A DNA stretch of 64,000 bases from Paraspadella gotoi (lineage: Eukaryota > Animalia > Chaetognatha), in contig CM119263.1 of NCBI GenBank assembly GCA_051294375.1, positions 454,019 to 518,018 of the forward strand. The letters are read 5' to 3'. Below the pieces are notes generated by a model. It was given only the letters and a program-made list of their open reading frames with translations. It ran no database searches and was not told where the DNA came from. Numbering within the stretch: position 1 is the first letter of the stretch; each line of letters begins with the position of its first letter. Shown here in pieces: positions 26,146-38,560 of this stretch. The position numbers were made by a program, and so were the translations under genes.

Positions 26146-27844
26146 AGGGCCAGTTTTTAATTTTGTCATTTTTTGAGACCGGCTTTTTAGTTGTTTTGTG
26201 AACAAATTTTGGATAAACGTCGCTCGTACGAAAACCGTTGTTTTTAAGAGTTTTCACGACTTATATTATTGTCACGATATTGCCACGTTCTGCTACGTTT
26301 GTGTTACCGAAAATATATGTTTACTTTGGGAAATTCGCATTCTACACTTAGCGGAGATTCTTCAGTCAGTGAGACTCTTGTCATAACACTTTTTTGGACG
26401 GCGACGCTTCGAAGTCCTTGGACCGCAAGCGTGGAGACTGAAAAAAAAAGAAAAGTAATCGTAAAGTTCCTTCTGCCGTCCGCTTATTAATTTTTTCTTT
26501 CTAATCAGGCATCCCCTCTCTCGGCGAACCCCTCTACACTATGGTGTCGAAGCGTTATAAGACGACCGACATCGTCGGCTATCTCAAGTCCATCCTGGAG
26601 GACGCGAAACCTTATGCCCGGATGAAGCTTATGTTCGTCGGGATTCAGGGCATCGGGAAAACTTCTCTGCTTAATAGGCTCAAGGAAGAAAGTGAGGAAA
26701 TGGAAGGATTGACAGACATGAAGAGTTTCTCCTCATATTTGTTTTTGCATTGTTATCTAATGATTTAATTGATTAATTAATGATTGTTATCTAGAATTAT
26801 TTAATCTATTGCAGGCTCAGCTCATTCCTCTTCCTCTTCCCACTGGACTGAACGAGTCGGCGCTGATTTTGGTCAGACGCAACAAACGACCGGGGAAAAT
26901 CTCTCGACTGTGAGTCCTGAGAGCTGAGAAAGTGATATTTGTTGACAATCGGTGATAATCACCCTCTAACAATCTAATTTGCGAGCATTGCTTCTTAGGT
27001 GGGAGTAGACCTGTCTGATTGGACCTTCGAAAAGCGAGGGGCACCTCGCGGCGCCAAGAGCTTCGGTCCCGTCACCTTCAGAACTTGGGACTTTGGCGGG
27101 CAGCGAGAGTATTACGCTACGCATCAGTATTTCCTCAGCAAACGATCTCTGTACCTCGTTATTTGGCGAATCACCGACGGCGAAAAGGGACTCAACGAAA
27201 TATATCAAGTAAACGGAGAAAACCATAAGAATTTAGATGAACATATTAGTTAATTAATAAGATGTTTTAGTGGCTGATCAACATCCAAGCCCGCGCCCCC
27301 AACTCTCCGTGCATCATCGTCGCCACTCACTACGATGAGATCGAAGGGAAGCGCACAATCTTCGGCAACAAGAGACGCGAGTTTCCCGAGGACTTCGCCA
27401 GAGAAATGCACGACATGGTCATGAGTCGGTGAGCGGTGGACCGGAAATTGGAAAACGTTGGGGACCAAATTCCAGTTGTTTATTCTCATTCATCCACTTC
27501 GTTCATTCCAGTTTCGTTCGCGTTCTCGATCCTGAAAAATGCGGTCTCCCGAAAGTCTTGGGCTACATCGAAGTCTCTTGCAAAACAAAGCACAACACGC
27601 GCAAGTTGGCCAACTTTATCTATGATTCTGTCTTCGATCTTCGGAGCCAACAAGGTAACTTATTTTAATTATTTACTTGTTATAAACGTCAATTTAACAC
27701 CTTTCTTTTTTTCGCCTTGATAGGATCATCCAAACTTTTACTCGAGGAAAAGATCCCGGCCACCTACTTGGCGCTAGAAGATGTCGTAGCTCAAATAGCT
27801 CGTCAAAGACGTGCTAACAAACGGGAGCCGGTCTTACTCAAGGT

Positions 27845-27888
<44 letters not shown>

Positions 27889-30800
27889 TCACATTTTTGC
27901 CTTTTTTTGTCCACACAGGATCAATATGTGACGGAAGTCTTAAACGTGATGAACCAAAGACATTCGGTGACTTTTCGAGATCAAGCGGAACTTCATCAGG
28001 CGACGCAATTCCTTCACGACAACGGAGTTCTGCTTCACTACGACGACATCTCTCTCAAGGACGTCTACTTTCTCGATCCTCAGTGGCTTTGCGATCTCCT
28101 AGGTAAGTTTGTTTTTAATATCCTTTTAAGAAGAGGACCGTGATGTATTTTTCAGCCTCACCTTCTTTTTCCCTTATTCTCTTTAGCTCACGTGGTGACC
28201 ATTCGTGAGATAAACCCTTTCGCTCGTAACGGAGTTATGAAGACTTCCGCGTTGAGTCAACTCTTTACCTCCAAAAACCATCTCTTCTTTTGCTCCCCTC
28301 GAGTTCAAGTGAGTCTTTTCTCTAAAATCATGCTTATTTACTGATTTATATCAAAATCGAAAAATCGCTTTCGTTGTTTTTCAGAATTACATTCTCGATC
28401 TCCTGGGAAAGTTCGAGGTGGCGCTGACTTGGGACGGAGAGCATCTCCTCATTCCTTCGATGCTGCCGCCCGAGCGCCATCTTCGACGCGGAAACCGAGA
28501 CACCGACATCCGGGTCCCGATGCGTGGTGGCGTTCGCGGAGGCGGCGATGGCGGCGACGCGAAATCGTCGTCGTCGTCTTCTACGCAGTGCTGTTGCGAC
28601 GAAGAGACCATCTGCCTCGTCAAAGACCACCACCACCATCACTCACCTTCCCATCGATCCACCCCCACCCCCCAAACTCCCACCTGCCTCGTCCGCAATC
28701 GTCCCAATCGCGAAGGCGCCTTCTCCCGACTCTACCTCATGTCCTACTTCCCTTCGGGATTCTGGTCGCGACTCATGACGAGACTCTTGGCTGACGAAGC
28801 GTTTGGGGAGGTCGTGTCCAAGATGTGGACATTGGAGGGAGGTGGAGAGGAGGAGGAAGAGGAGGACGACGTAGTCAAAGCCATAAGAGATAAAAGTAAG
28901 ACTTTCTATGTTTGTTTAAGTAATGTGAAACTTAATTGGTGATAGCTGATAAGATGTTTTAAGTTAACAAAAACGGAGACTATATTGTTTCTAGTTTTAC
29001 CATGTTGATATTCACGTTTTGTCACTTAACCGTCCTACGTTGTAACTAAATCCTTTTCCAGAAATCCAGATGGAAATTCCCCAAAAAGTTATCGATGACC
29101 CGTTTGGTGAGAAAGTATTAGTTGTAGTCGTTAAATCGGTTCCGTTTTTTTCGTTGATTATTGGGAAACGAAAATAATCTCCTTACTAATTGTCCTTTGA
29201 AAACTGACACGCATCGTTTTCCCTTGGATTTGGTTCATTTTATAATCCCCTCGATTTGCTGAAGCCCAATTCTGTTGCAATTAAGAAAGGAGTTTGTTTC
29301 TTCAATGGGACAACCAAGTTGTTAATCATTTAGTTAAAGTTAATTATGCAACGCAAACTATGACACTTTTTCTTCTCACCCATTCTCCCCCGCTCTTCAG
29401 TCTCCGCCTTCCCCGGCGAGTGGGTCTGCTGGCAGACAGGGATCGAGCTGCGCTGCTTCGACGTTCCGCTTTTGCGGATTCGGGAACCACAACGCGAGTT
29501 GCATCTTTACCGCCTCTTCAACGACTTAAGAATCCCGCAGGTCGACTACTGGAGGCCGCAGTTTCATATTCAGGGTGAGTTGGGTTTTCACGAATTATAT
29601 AACAACGCTGTGTTTTAGAATAAGGACAACGAAGCCGCTAATATGCTTCTTGTGTTTTTTAATTAACTCAATTTATTCTCTTTTTAATCTTTCTCTCAGG
29701 TGGGACCATCTCTTCCAATCTCACATCCGCGACGTCGACTCCACGAAAACCCGAAGGACGCGACACTTCGCTTCAGTCTCCCGAAGAGTGGCACAAGCTC
29801 CACTACCTCGGAGGTGGCGGAGGCGCTTCCTCCGCTTCCGCCCTCAACTCCAACTCCTCTTCGATCCTGGAGATCATGGTGCCCAACGAATGTCTCGTGA
29901 TCAAGCGAATGGGAGGAGGAGGAGGAGGAAAGAGGAAAAGCAGCAGCGATTCCAGTGACGTCGAAGGCTCGAGACTCAATTCGGACGCTAAGAAGTTGAC
30001 GCCAACTCAGTCGGGTAAGATTATATCTGCTTTTATTTTCCTGTCATTCGATCAATCACTCAATCCTTTGAAGAAAATCTCCATCTGCTTCTTCCCCAAG
30101 GATTAGCTCGCCTCTTATCTCTGGCGGTCGACCACGTGGACAATCTGTTGGAAGACTGGTATCCCGATCTCGGCGTCCGGTTTATGGTCTCGTCGCAGGG
30201 TCGCTTTCTCATCACCAGAATGAGTCCCTGCCCCAAGTGCCTGTCCGACCACGCCCTCACCAAGGATCGCTCATCTTCTACCGCCGGCAAAACGGAAAAC
30301 TCTGCGGCGATCAACTCGGCCATCAACGCCGCCGTCAACGACGCCGACGAAGACGACGACGACGATGACGAGACTTGGGAACTTTTGGACGAGGATTTTA
30401 ATCGGAAGCCGGTCGTCGTTGATTTGGTCAGTTTTTGATGAAGAAAAATGCGACTTCAGTTTAAAAATTAGACTCAATTATCATAAAAAACATTTTAGGT
30501 GACTTTGGAGAAGCAACGTGGAGGAGCAGCAGCCAAAGGGGGCGTGTCGCCGACGAGCGAATGCGGCGTTGCCGGTATCGCTGGCAGTTCCCGAGGCGAC
30601 TCCCCTTCATCCGTGGACGGGCGTCGTTCCGTCGCCGGAAAACCTAAGATCGATTGCGACGCCGTCTTTTGCTTCATGATCGAGTCGTTGATTTCCTTCA
30701 GGTGGATCGATAAATTTATCTTTAATTAATTTAATTAAAATTATCTTTATTCTTTAGTTAAAAAAACCCTTATTCTCTGAAAACAGTCAATCGAACCGCA

Positions 30801-33800
30801 CAAGCGCCACCTGCCCACTCCACGGAGACATTCCCCTCTCGCGCCTCGCTCCCGATCTCCTCTTCCTCGATCTTCCATCTAATCTGCTCATCGACGACGT
30901 CGACATCGCCAGGGGGCGCCTCTTGGGAAAAGGGGCTTTCGGTCAGTTTTAGGGATCCTCGGCCTTTGGCTATTTTCCTCGATGGTTATTTCAAATTGGG
31001 ATCTTTTCAGGCTCCGTCTTCAGCGGCGCCGTCTACAAGCAGCAGCACGGCCACACTTTTCACGTGGCCATGAAAATGTTGCAACCAGTGCATCCCGGCG
31101 CTGCGGCGACCGCGTCGCAACTGCAACAACACGAGATGGAAGTGCGTCGGTGGGAGCTGGAGCCGCTCCGGGGGCCCTGCAACTCTTACCTAACGGCGAG
31201 GAAGGAGTTAGGCATTTTGCTCAATCTAGATCATACGAACATCGTGCCTTTGCTCGGTGAGAGGAGAGAGACGAATTAATGGGCGACTCTTTGCTCACCC
31301 TTTATTTCTTTTTCAGGCATCTGCCTTCATCCGATGAGCCTCGTCCTTAGCCTCGCGCCTCTCGGGGCTTTGAACACCATTTTGCGGGATTACAAGCGAA
31401 GCGGAATTCGTTTGTCGTTGAGGGTGAGAATTATAGATAAGTCGTAGGTCGTCTATTAACATTTAACAATTAATGATTAATATTAATAGGAAAAGCTATA
31501 TTTGAAAAAAAAAACAAGCTTAACAATAGAGAAAATCATGAACGGGTAAACTAGGTTAACTGGTTACTTGGTCAGGTTTAACTGCTGGTTGTTTGGTAAT
31601 CGAGTTTTAAAGTTGTTGTTGTTTAGGCCGATAAAGCTTATATATTTGGAATAGGCTCTCCAGTTGATCGTTCTTCAAGTATCCCGCGCCCTCTCTTACC
31701 TCCACCAAAACTCGATCATATATCGCGATTTGAAGTCGGAAAACGTCCTCGTCTGGTCGCTGGGAAATCCCTCATCTCCCACGACCAAGTCAAAAGCAGA
31801 AGTCGTTCAAGTATTTCAGAGATTCGCGGCTGCAATGATTCGTGAGAATTTAACCGCTCGTTGTTTCTCTTTAGGTTAAATTGGCGGATTACGGCATCTC
31901 TCGCGCTTCGTTGCCTTCCGGGACGAAGGGCTACGCGGGCACCGACGGATTTATGGCGCCCGAAATCATCAGGTTCAACGGGGAAGAGGCCTACACCGAA
32001 AAGGTCGACTGTTTCAGGTCGGAAGCTGAAAATAACAGTTTTGTTTTGATGGAATATCTTTTGACCCTTTTCCCTTTTCATCCATCAGTTTCGGTATGTT
32101 CGTCTACGAGCTCGTCTCGTTGCATCAACCTTTTGAGGGTTACGAACAGGCGAGTCATTTATTCGCGCAGAAAAATGTCTTATTTGAAATATTTGGTGAG
32201 CTCTCCATTTAAAGTCATGGAATTCTCTTTTCAGGTAAAAGACTACATCCTCGACCGCGGTCGTCCGATCCTCTCCTCTCGCGAGACTGGTCACCCCGCC
32301 CACCTCCTCGATTTGATGTCCCTCTGCTGGTCCCACGATCCCGCCGACCGCCCCTCCGCCGCCGAGATCGCCGCTCTCACCGCCGCCCCCGACTTCGGTC
32401 ACTTGGCGGAGGCGGCGGCGTTGGACGCGGGCGAATCGACTGCTGGGCGAAGGGAGGCGGTCGCCGCCTGCGTCGTCGGCGGCACGACCGACGGGTCAGT
32501 TTTGTCAAGAATTAAATGAAGTGATTTCTATAAATAGATTTATGTCGAGGTTCACACAACTTTGTGTTAATTTTCAGTGATACTTCCGAAGTCACCGACG
32601 AAGCTTGGATCGTCGTACAGGACGTCGATTCCTCAACCGACGTTACGAGGGATGGCGCCACGCCCACAAGGAGCGCCCATGTTACGAATGGCACCGATAC
32701 CAATGGCACCATGGCAATAAACGACGACGCCCCCGACGAAGAATCGCTTCTGACTGACCCAAGGATCTTCGCTCCTCCTTCCGTCTGCGTCGTTCCCTTC
32801 CGCGGCCACGCCTTCGACGACGCTATCAAATCTTTTCCGCTCCTCATTCCTTCGTCTCGAGAAGCGAACAAAACTCCCACGCGGTGTCCCAACGCTTCTT
32901 CCGCTTCCTCCGCTTCCTCCTTCGCTTCTCGCGCGACTTACATAACTACCGTTTTAAACGTCGTCTGGATCAGCGACGCCGGCGGCTTCATTCACGTCTA
33001 CTGCGCCGCGACTTATCGACCCTTGCTTTCCTTTCCTGTCGTAAAAGGAAAGAGCGAACAAAAACAATTATCCGTTCACGCAGACCGACTCTTGTACGTC
33101 GCTGCCGCGGATCAGGTGACATGAAATCTATTGTTTTAAGATTTAATTTATAATTTTGAGAGCGAATTAGCGATAAAAAAACTATTAGAAAACTTATTTA
33201 ATAATATTAAATAATAAATATGATATGAGGAGGACTATGTCATGTTACTTTAAAATTAATTCTTCTCAATGATGATCTTTGTGCTAATTTGATAAATTAA
33301 TAAATTAATTAGGGTTACTAATACTCTTTTCCAGGTTTTTGCCTCGTTGACGAACGGTGACGTTGTCTTTTGTCCGGCGTCGTTCGTGACTCAGCGTCTT
33401 TCGAAAGGAATCCAAAACTCAAGCGGCGCCAAAAACTTTCTGGACGAAGACATCCTTCCCGAGCACGAGTGGCTCTCTCAATCCCCGATGAAAGAATTGC
33501 ATCACGCTGGAACCGGAACCGGCTTCTCATCCGGATCTGTGCAAGGTAAACATATGTCAATGTTGGCCCTTTTAATTTTTATCAACATTTGACATATTCT
33601 ATCGTTACATTTATTATTTTATCTTAGGCTCCCCGCCCAAGACTCTCTGCATGACTGCTGTGCCACGACGTCGGCGCGTCTTCGAGCTCTGGTGCGGTCA
33701 GAGCGGCCGAGAGAGCGAGGTTTCAGTTTGGTACATGGGCGACATGACATACAAGCGGACGTTGAAGCACGCGGGATTAGGATCGAAAAGAACAGAAAAA

Positions 33801-34466
33801 AGAAGCGACGACGAAACCGGCGTCACTTTGATCGAGTCTGAACGGCGCCAGGGTGTTGGCAGCGGCGCAAACGTGTGGACTCACGTTCGGCGCGCCTCTT
33901 CTTCCAAAGTTTACCGCTGGGACGTCGCCCAAAAATCCGCGGTCGGTTCCATCGACGTTGGCGCCGTCAATCTCAACAACGGAACGACGCCGAAAAAATC
34001 TGGAAATTCTCGTCACGTGACCTGTATGACGGTCGCGGGCGGCGTTCTCTACCTCGGCGCTTCGGACGGCGTTATATTGGTGGCCGACTCGGCGCTGGAG
34101 ACGAAACCAACTTCGTCGCCGCTCCTCGCCGTATTTCGTGCTCACGAAGGCCCAGTCCGCGCATTGCTCAGCGTTGGGAACCGGATGCTCGATCCGGCCA
34201 CCGCATCGTCGCATCAACCGACGCCACAATCGGTCTCGTCCGACGGAGGGTCCTTGCCTCCGACGTCCGCGTCCCCTTGGTGGCGCCCCGACTCTCCTAT
34301 CGTCGCCTCCGTTGGTCGAGGTTTTCGCGGACTTCTCTCAGCCAACTGTCCCTCCATCGCCTCCGCGCCCAACATCCTCGCCCACAGCGCCGGCGGAAAT
34401 CGGAACAAAACTTTCGTACTTTCCTGGTTCGGGACGGAGTGGGAATCGCCGGCGGAGACCGGATGA
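18928..34466 (+). CDS. LRRK: Leucine-rich repeat kinase (LRRK1/invertebrate Lrrk type): ANK-LRR-ROC-COR-kinase-WD40
   Basis: Ankyrin repeats (TPLHMAAR, SPLYVACH, TPLHLAC) and LRRs (LQRLNLASNSISELP). ROC motifs MKLMFVGIQGIGKTSLL and TWDFGGQREYYATHQYFL. COR motifs YFPSGFWSRL and LEDWYPDLG. Kinase motifs YRDLKSENVLVW and DYGISR..GTDGFMAPE. C-terminal WD40-like region; many short introns. Confidence 0.95.
21012..21300 (+). repeat. CT microsatellite / polypyrimidine tract in LRRK intron
   Basis: (CT)n-rich run ending at the TCAG acceptor at 21303. An (ATT)n tract follows at ~21482-21562. Confidence 0.9.
24380..24417 (-). ncRNA. Minimal type-I hammerhead ribozyme motif, degenerate (G8>A), Penelope-like
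   Basis: Minus strand reads CG-CUGAUAA-A-GGCUAA(CAAA)UUAGCC-GAAAC-AU-GUA-CG. Perfect 6-bp stem II and palindromic ACAUGU stem/loop III, but the core is CUGAUAA rather than CUGANGA. Confidence 0.6.
25536..25820 (+). repeat. (TTTCCC)-like polypyrimidine tract in LRRK intron
   Basis: Almost only C/T, ending at the TTCAG acceptor (~25823). Confidence 0.9.
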
Positions 34467-34499
34467 GTTGGGGGCGTGGGGGGGTTTGTTGCTTATGTC

Positions 34500-34720
34500 T
34501 TTTTAGTTGCGCCGCGGGTACTCGCAGAGCAAATCTTTTAGTCACTTGTCGGTCGGTCGGTATGTCTGTCCGTCGGTCTGTCCCACTTACATTAAAAACG
34601 CTTATATTATAACTTGCCTTTTGTTTTAAAAAAAATCTTATAAACTATAAGGAATAAATAATATGATAAGTAAAAAAAAAAGTAATGCGGCGCAACACCT
34701 TGGAATAACCGTTCCTTGTT
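34500..34720 (+). mobile_element. Helentron/DINE-1-like non-autonomous element (HINE) in LRRK 3' region
   Basis: T-run start; sub-terminal inverted repeat GTTGCGCCGC (34506-34515) / GCGGCGCAAC (34687-34696); GTCG/GTCT/GTCC microsatellite after the left repeat; small GGAA..TTCC hairpin at 34702-34715. Confidence 0.6.
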
Positions 34721-35395
34721 ATTGCGTTTGTATGAGATGTTTCATGTGGTCATTCGTTGGTTCTCTCGATCCGACTTCTCGTGTTTTGTTTTCAAGTCTT
34801 ACAGTCAAATCATTACTTGTACGCCTCACCAATTGGAACGCTTGTTTTAGATAGTTCCTTTAACTTTTTAAATTATTTTTAAACTAAATTATTTTACGTA
34901 AATAAAATGACTTACGTACGATCTCATTTATTACTCTGAAGAGCACTTGAGTTGAGATATTTATTTTCCTGATTTGCGTCACTCGAAAAATAGATTCCTT
35001 TTATTGTCATTCATGAATTACGAAAAATGTTGTTACGTCTTGATAGTAAGGTACGAGAAAAGATTTTAAAGCTAAGTTGATTTTCGGAAATGGTAAAAAA
35101 TATACCTTATAGATGTTGATTGAGACGATTACGTATATTTAAGCTTTTAGTTGATATCGAAGACGAAAAATAAAATTTCTGCTATCCGACTTTTAATGCA
35201 CTATTTTTGTTCGACTCATTGACACACAAATTTTTAACAACAATAATAACAATAATACAAGTTTATTATTCGATCTTTGTTCGCTTTTTTTCGTAATTCA
35301 CAGCTTTTTCACAACGTTGGCAACGGAGACCTGAAACGATTCTGTGACAGCCTCTGACAAAATCTGTGATAACCGACCTGGTACTCTCTATAACA

Positions 35396-38300
35396 ATGAT
35401 AACTTCAACAGCGACAAAAAGCGAGGAAGGAATCTCTTCGTCGGATCAGTCTTCTTCCGCCATGTCGAGCGAGTTGGTTCCTTCGCTCTCGCGGAAGCAA
35501 CGCTCCCTGCCAAACGCTTCGACAGCCTTGGAGCGACTCGTCCGCGATGTCGAAGAGGCTTTGGAGGAGGCTTGCCTTTCGTCCACTCAGCCTTCTAACG
35601 CCTCCACACTGGAACGCCTCGTCCATGATGCCGAGGCTGCGCTAGAGACGTGTCTGGCTCTGGCTCCTCTCGAGGGCGTCACCAAACTTCGGAAAAGGAT
35701 CGCCTCTGAATTGAAGTTTCTTCGGTCGCTCTATCGAGGGGAGGCAGGGGCTAGTCAGGTTGGTCGAGAGAGTTGCGCGTCGTCAAAGTTCCGCATATCA
35801 ATCGACAATCGTAGATTTAATGATCCTAATAATTACCCAAGTTTGTATCAACTTTTACAGAGCACTTTACCGATTTGGATTTACAGGTGCAAAGCAGCAA
35901 CGCGCGCCATCTGCTCGGCATCCTTCACGTGGCGACGAGTTATCCTGACGTGACTCACGTTTTGAAGAACATTTCTTCTCGTCGATCGAGAGATGAAATT
36001 AGGAGTGAAGCTGCGTTGGAAAGAGACGACGACGACATTTCAATCACCGTCGACGTTATTTGCAACAAAGGTTATCAGTTTGTAATGTTTCATGATTTTC
36101 CGATGGAATATTCCATCAACGACGTGACCTCAACCCCCACGATTTCTTTTTTGCCCTTAATCAGGCGCGACTTGGGTAAAGGCCATTGCCCGCAACCCCC
36201 AGGCACTTCACCTGGTTTGGGCGGGAGGCGGTCATTACGGCGTCGACGTTCTCTGGAGTCAAGCGGAGGATTTCTTGCTTCTCGCCCAAGAACACCGAGT
36301 CGACTTCCGACCGCCGGGCGTCGCCTTCGTCTTTTTCAGCGGAGTGACAAAGCCGATGGCGGAGGCGTTGGATGTAAGGGAGGGTGGGTTGGGTGACATC
36401 TAAGGTTTCACTGAAGTTCGATGAAAATTATTTTTGTTACTAAGGTCATCTTAATGACTGAATTCAATTCGAGTCACCAGATCATTAACTTCGTTTACAG
36501 TTGACAAAAATTCGCTCGACTTCTTCGAAATTATTTTTTTTTCTCAGAAAAAAGGAATCGTCGTCGTGGGAAAAAGGGTGGACGTATCCGAAGAGACTCG
36601 CGAGCGTCTCGAGGCGTTAGAGGATGATGAAGCTGATGACGAAGACGGCGGGAAATCCTCGTGTCTTTCCTCTGCTCTCGAGTCACGATCACCTTCATCC
36701 TCCGTCAATCTGCTGGTCGATCCCGATTCTACCGACGCTTATTCGTCCGTCGATCCGTCCGTCGATCCGTCCGTCGATCCGTCCGTCGACCCCGCTTCCA
36801 ACTCAAATCCGTTTCTCGTCCCTAATATTTTGCGACGAAAATCCGGAGTTTCTCAAAAGGTTTCTTACAAAGACTTACAATGTTTTCGATTCTTTTAACT
36901 ACTGTATATTATTTTATATTATATTAATAATATTATATTTTATATTATTTTGACCCGACCCTTTCAGCTCTTCCTTGACATTTCGACGATGATCGCTGTC
37001 ACATCCGCGCTTTGCAATGGCCACGCCCATTACGTGTTTCCGGTGAGCGATTGACGGGATTATTTAATTATCTCGTAACTTGTCTTTCAACCAGTTGTGA
37101 CCGTTGTCGCCCTTTGAAACTTTTAGGAGAAAATTCTAAGTGAACAAGCGGCAAAAGAGAGAGAATCCCCTCTCCTCCCGGAAGTAGAGCCGATGATTGA
37201 GGGAAGAGATCTCTACACTTGCGACATGGCCGCCAATGATTTCAAGTAAGATTCTTGGTTGGTTGATTGAGGGGCCGAAGAAAACCGACATCCGATAAGA
37301 GAAAATTATTCACTTTTTAAAAGAGCCATCCTTTCTCTGATGGGCGGCCCCGAAGAAAAGGCGCGAGGCGCTGAGCTTTTATCTCGAGTCCATATCGTCC
37401 CTGATGATCCATCGCCACGCGCCGCGGCGCTGAAGGAAAGCGCCAGCATCAAGGCGAGGGCAAAGGTTGTCTTTGGCACCGCGGATAGGATGCAGGTTAT
37501 TTGTAGTTGGGCTAAGGGAATGGTTATTGGAATAACTTTATTTTATTTCATTTTATGAAATTGGTACAACCAATATAAAAATTATCCATTCATTTAATAA
37601 ATAAGCTATCTTGCCCCTGACTTTGGACAGGCTTTGGTGGTTTAAGGCCTCCATCACTCTTACAAGATAATTACATAGCAGGTCCCTGCAAGCTTTCAAT
37701 CAAGACTCTCTCACAGTCCCGTTTATTCACTCCCAGAGTACCTGGCTTCCCTATCAATGAAGTGGAAAATATTTCAAAGAATGTTTCAATTGTATGAAAA
37801 GACCACTCCCTTAAGTATTAGATCGGGGAATACTTATTGTACTCCGCACTAGCATCAAAATACAAGGAGCTGAATTTTATGAAATTGGTACAACCAATAT
37901 AAAAATTATCCATTCATTTAATAAATAAGCTATCTTGCCCCTGACTTTATCTTATTTTGTCATTTCACAACCAAAATGTTTCTGAAGATGGCGGAGAATA
38001 CCAGTACAAAAACACTGTCATATTCCTATTATCTTTTTCCTTGTAATTGGTAATATGTAATGTTGTGGCGGTATATTCACACCGCCTCACCTCCTGCTTC
38101 ATTCAGCCAATCCCATTGGCTCAGAGGGGGAACTCCCCGTCCCATCCAGAGTCGTTATGACTTCCCTCTGCGTTGGCAAAGCGAGACCGTCCTAGGGTAA
38201 CCGCGCCAGTGACAGGAGGCGTTACTGAGGGTCGGAAGCCCCCAAAGCCAACAGTGAGATGCCCCATCCCAATGGGCATCACAGGCAACCCGACTGTTGC

Positions 38301-38560
38301 CATAATGTAATATTTAGATCATTATTACATAATTATTAAAGAAATATTAAGTTAATATGTATTTATATATATGTATATATGTATTACAAGAATAGTAACT
38401 TATCGTTATCATTTTTTTTTTTTTGTAGGCATTAACATTGACGGCCAACAGCGGATTCGTTCGTGCGTCCTCGGGACAAGGCGTCAACTTCGCCGTCCAT
38501 CTCCATCAGAGTCGAGCCTTGACTGAATCCAAGCACGACCAAGCAACTTTGATAGATTAG
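35396..38560 (+). CDS. UPF0415 / C7orf25 homologue (DUF1308)
   Basis: [77 protein letters not shown], and last exon [35 protein letters not shown], closely matching C7orf25. Start could instead be 35462. Confidence 0.88.
37554..37948. repeat. Repeat family A: full 324-bp unit plus partial tandem second copy
   Basis: tatgaaattggtacaacc starts at 37554 and again at 37878; the second copy stops at ~37948. Confidence 0.85.
38062..38304 (-). mobile_element. Structured repeat family B, copy 2, in the last C7orf25 intron
   Basis: Reverse-complement homologue of 2530-2780, flanked by direct repeat ATGTAAT (38055-38061 and 38305-38311). Confidence 0.78.

Noticed and set aside
38062-38304. Family B as RNase P RNA or HDV-like ribozyme (contains CCTGTCACT and CCCTAGGACGGTCT; GCC-TCC loop)
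   Set aside because: Lacks the GGAA of RNase P conserved region I and a recognisable region V. The nested double pseudoknot of HDV ribozymes could not be built, and there is no CUGANGA/GAAA core. Its 60-aa ORF is not conserved in copy 1.
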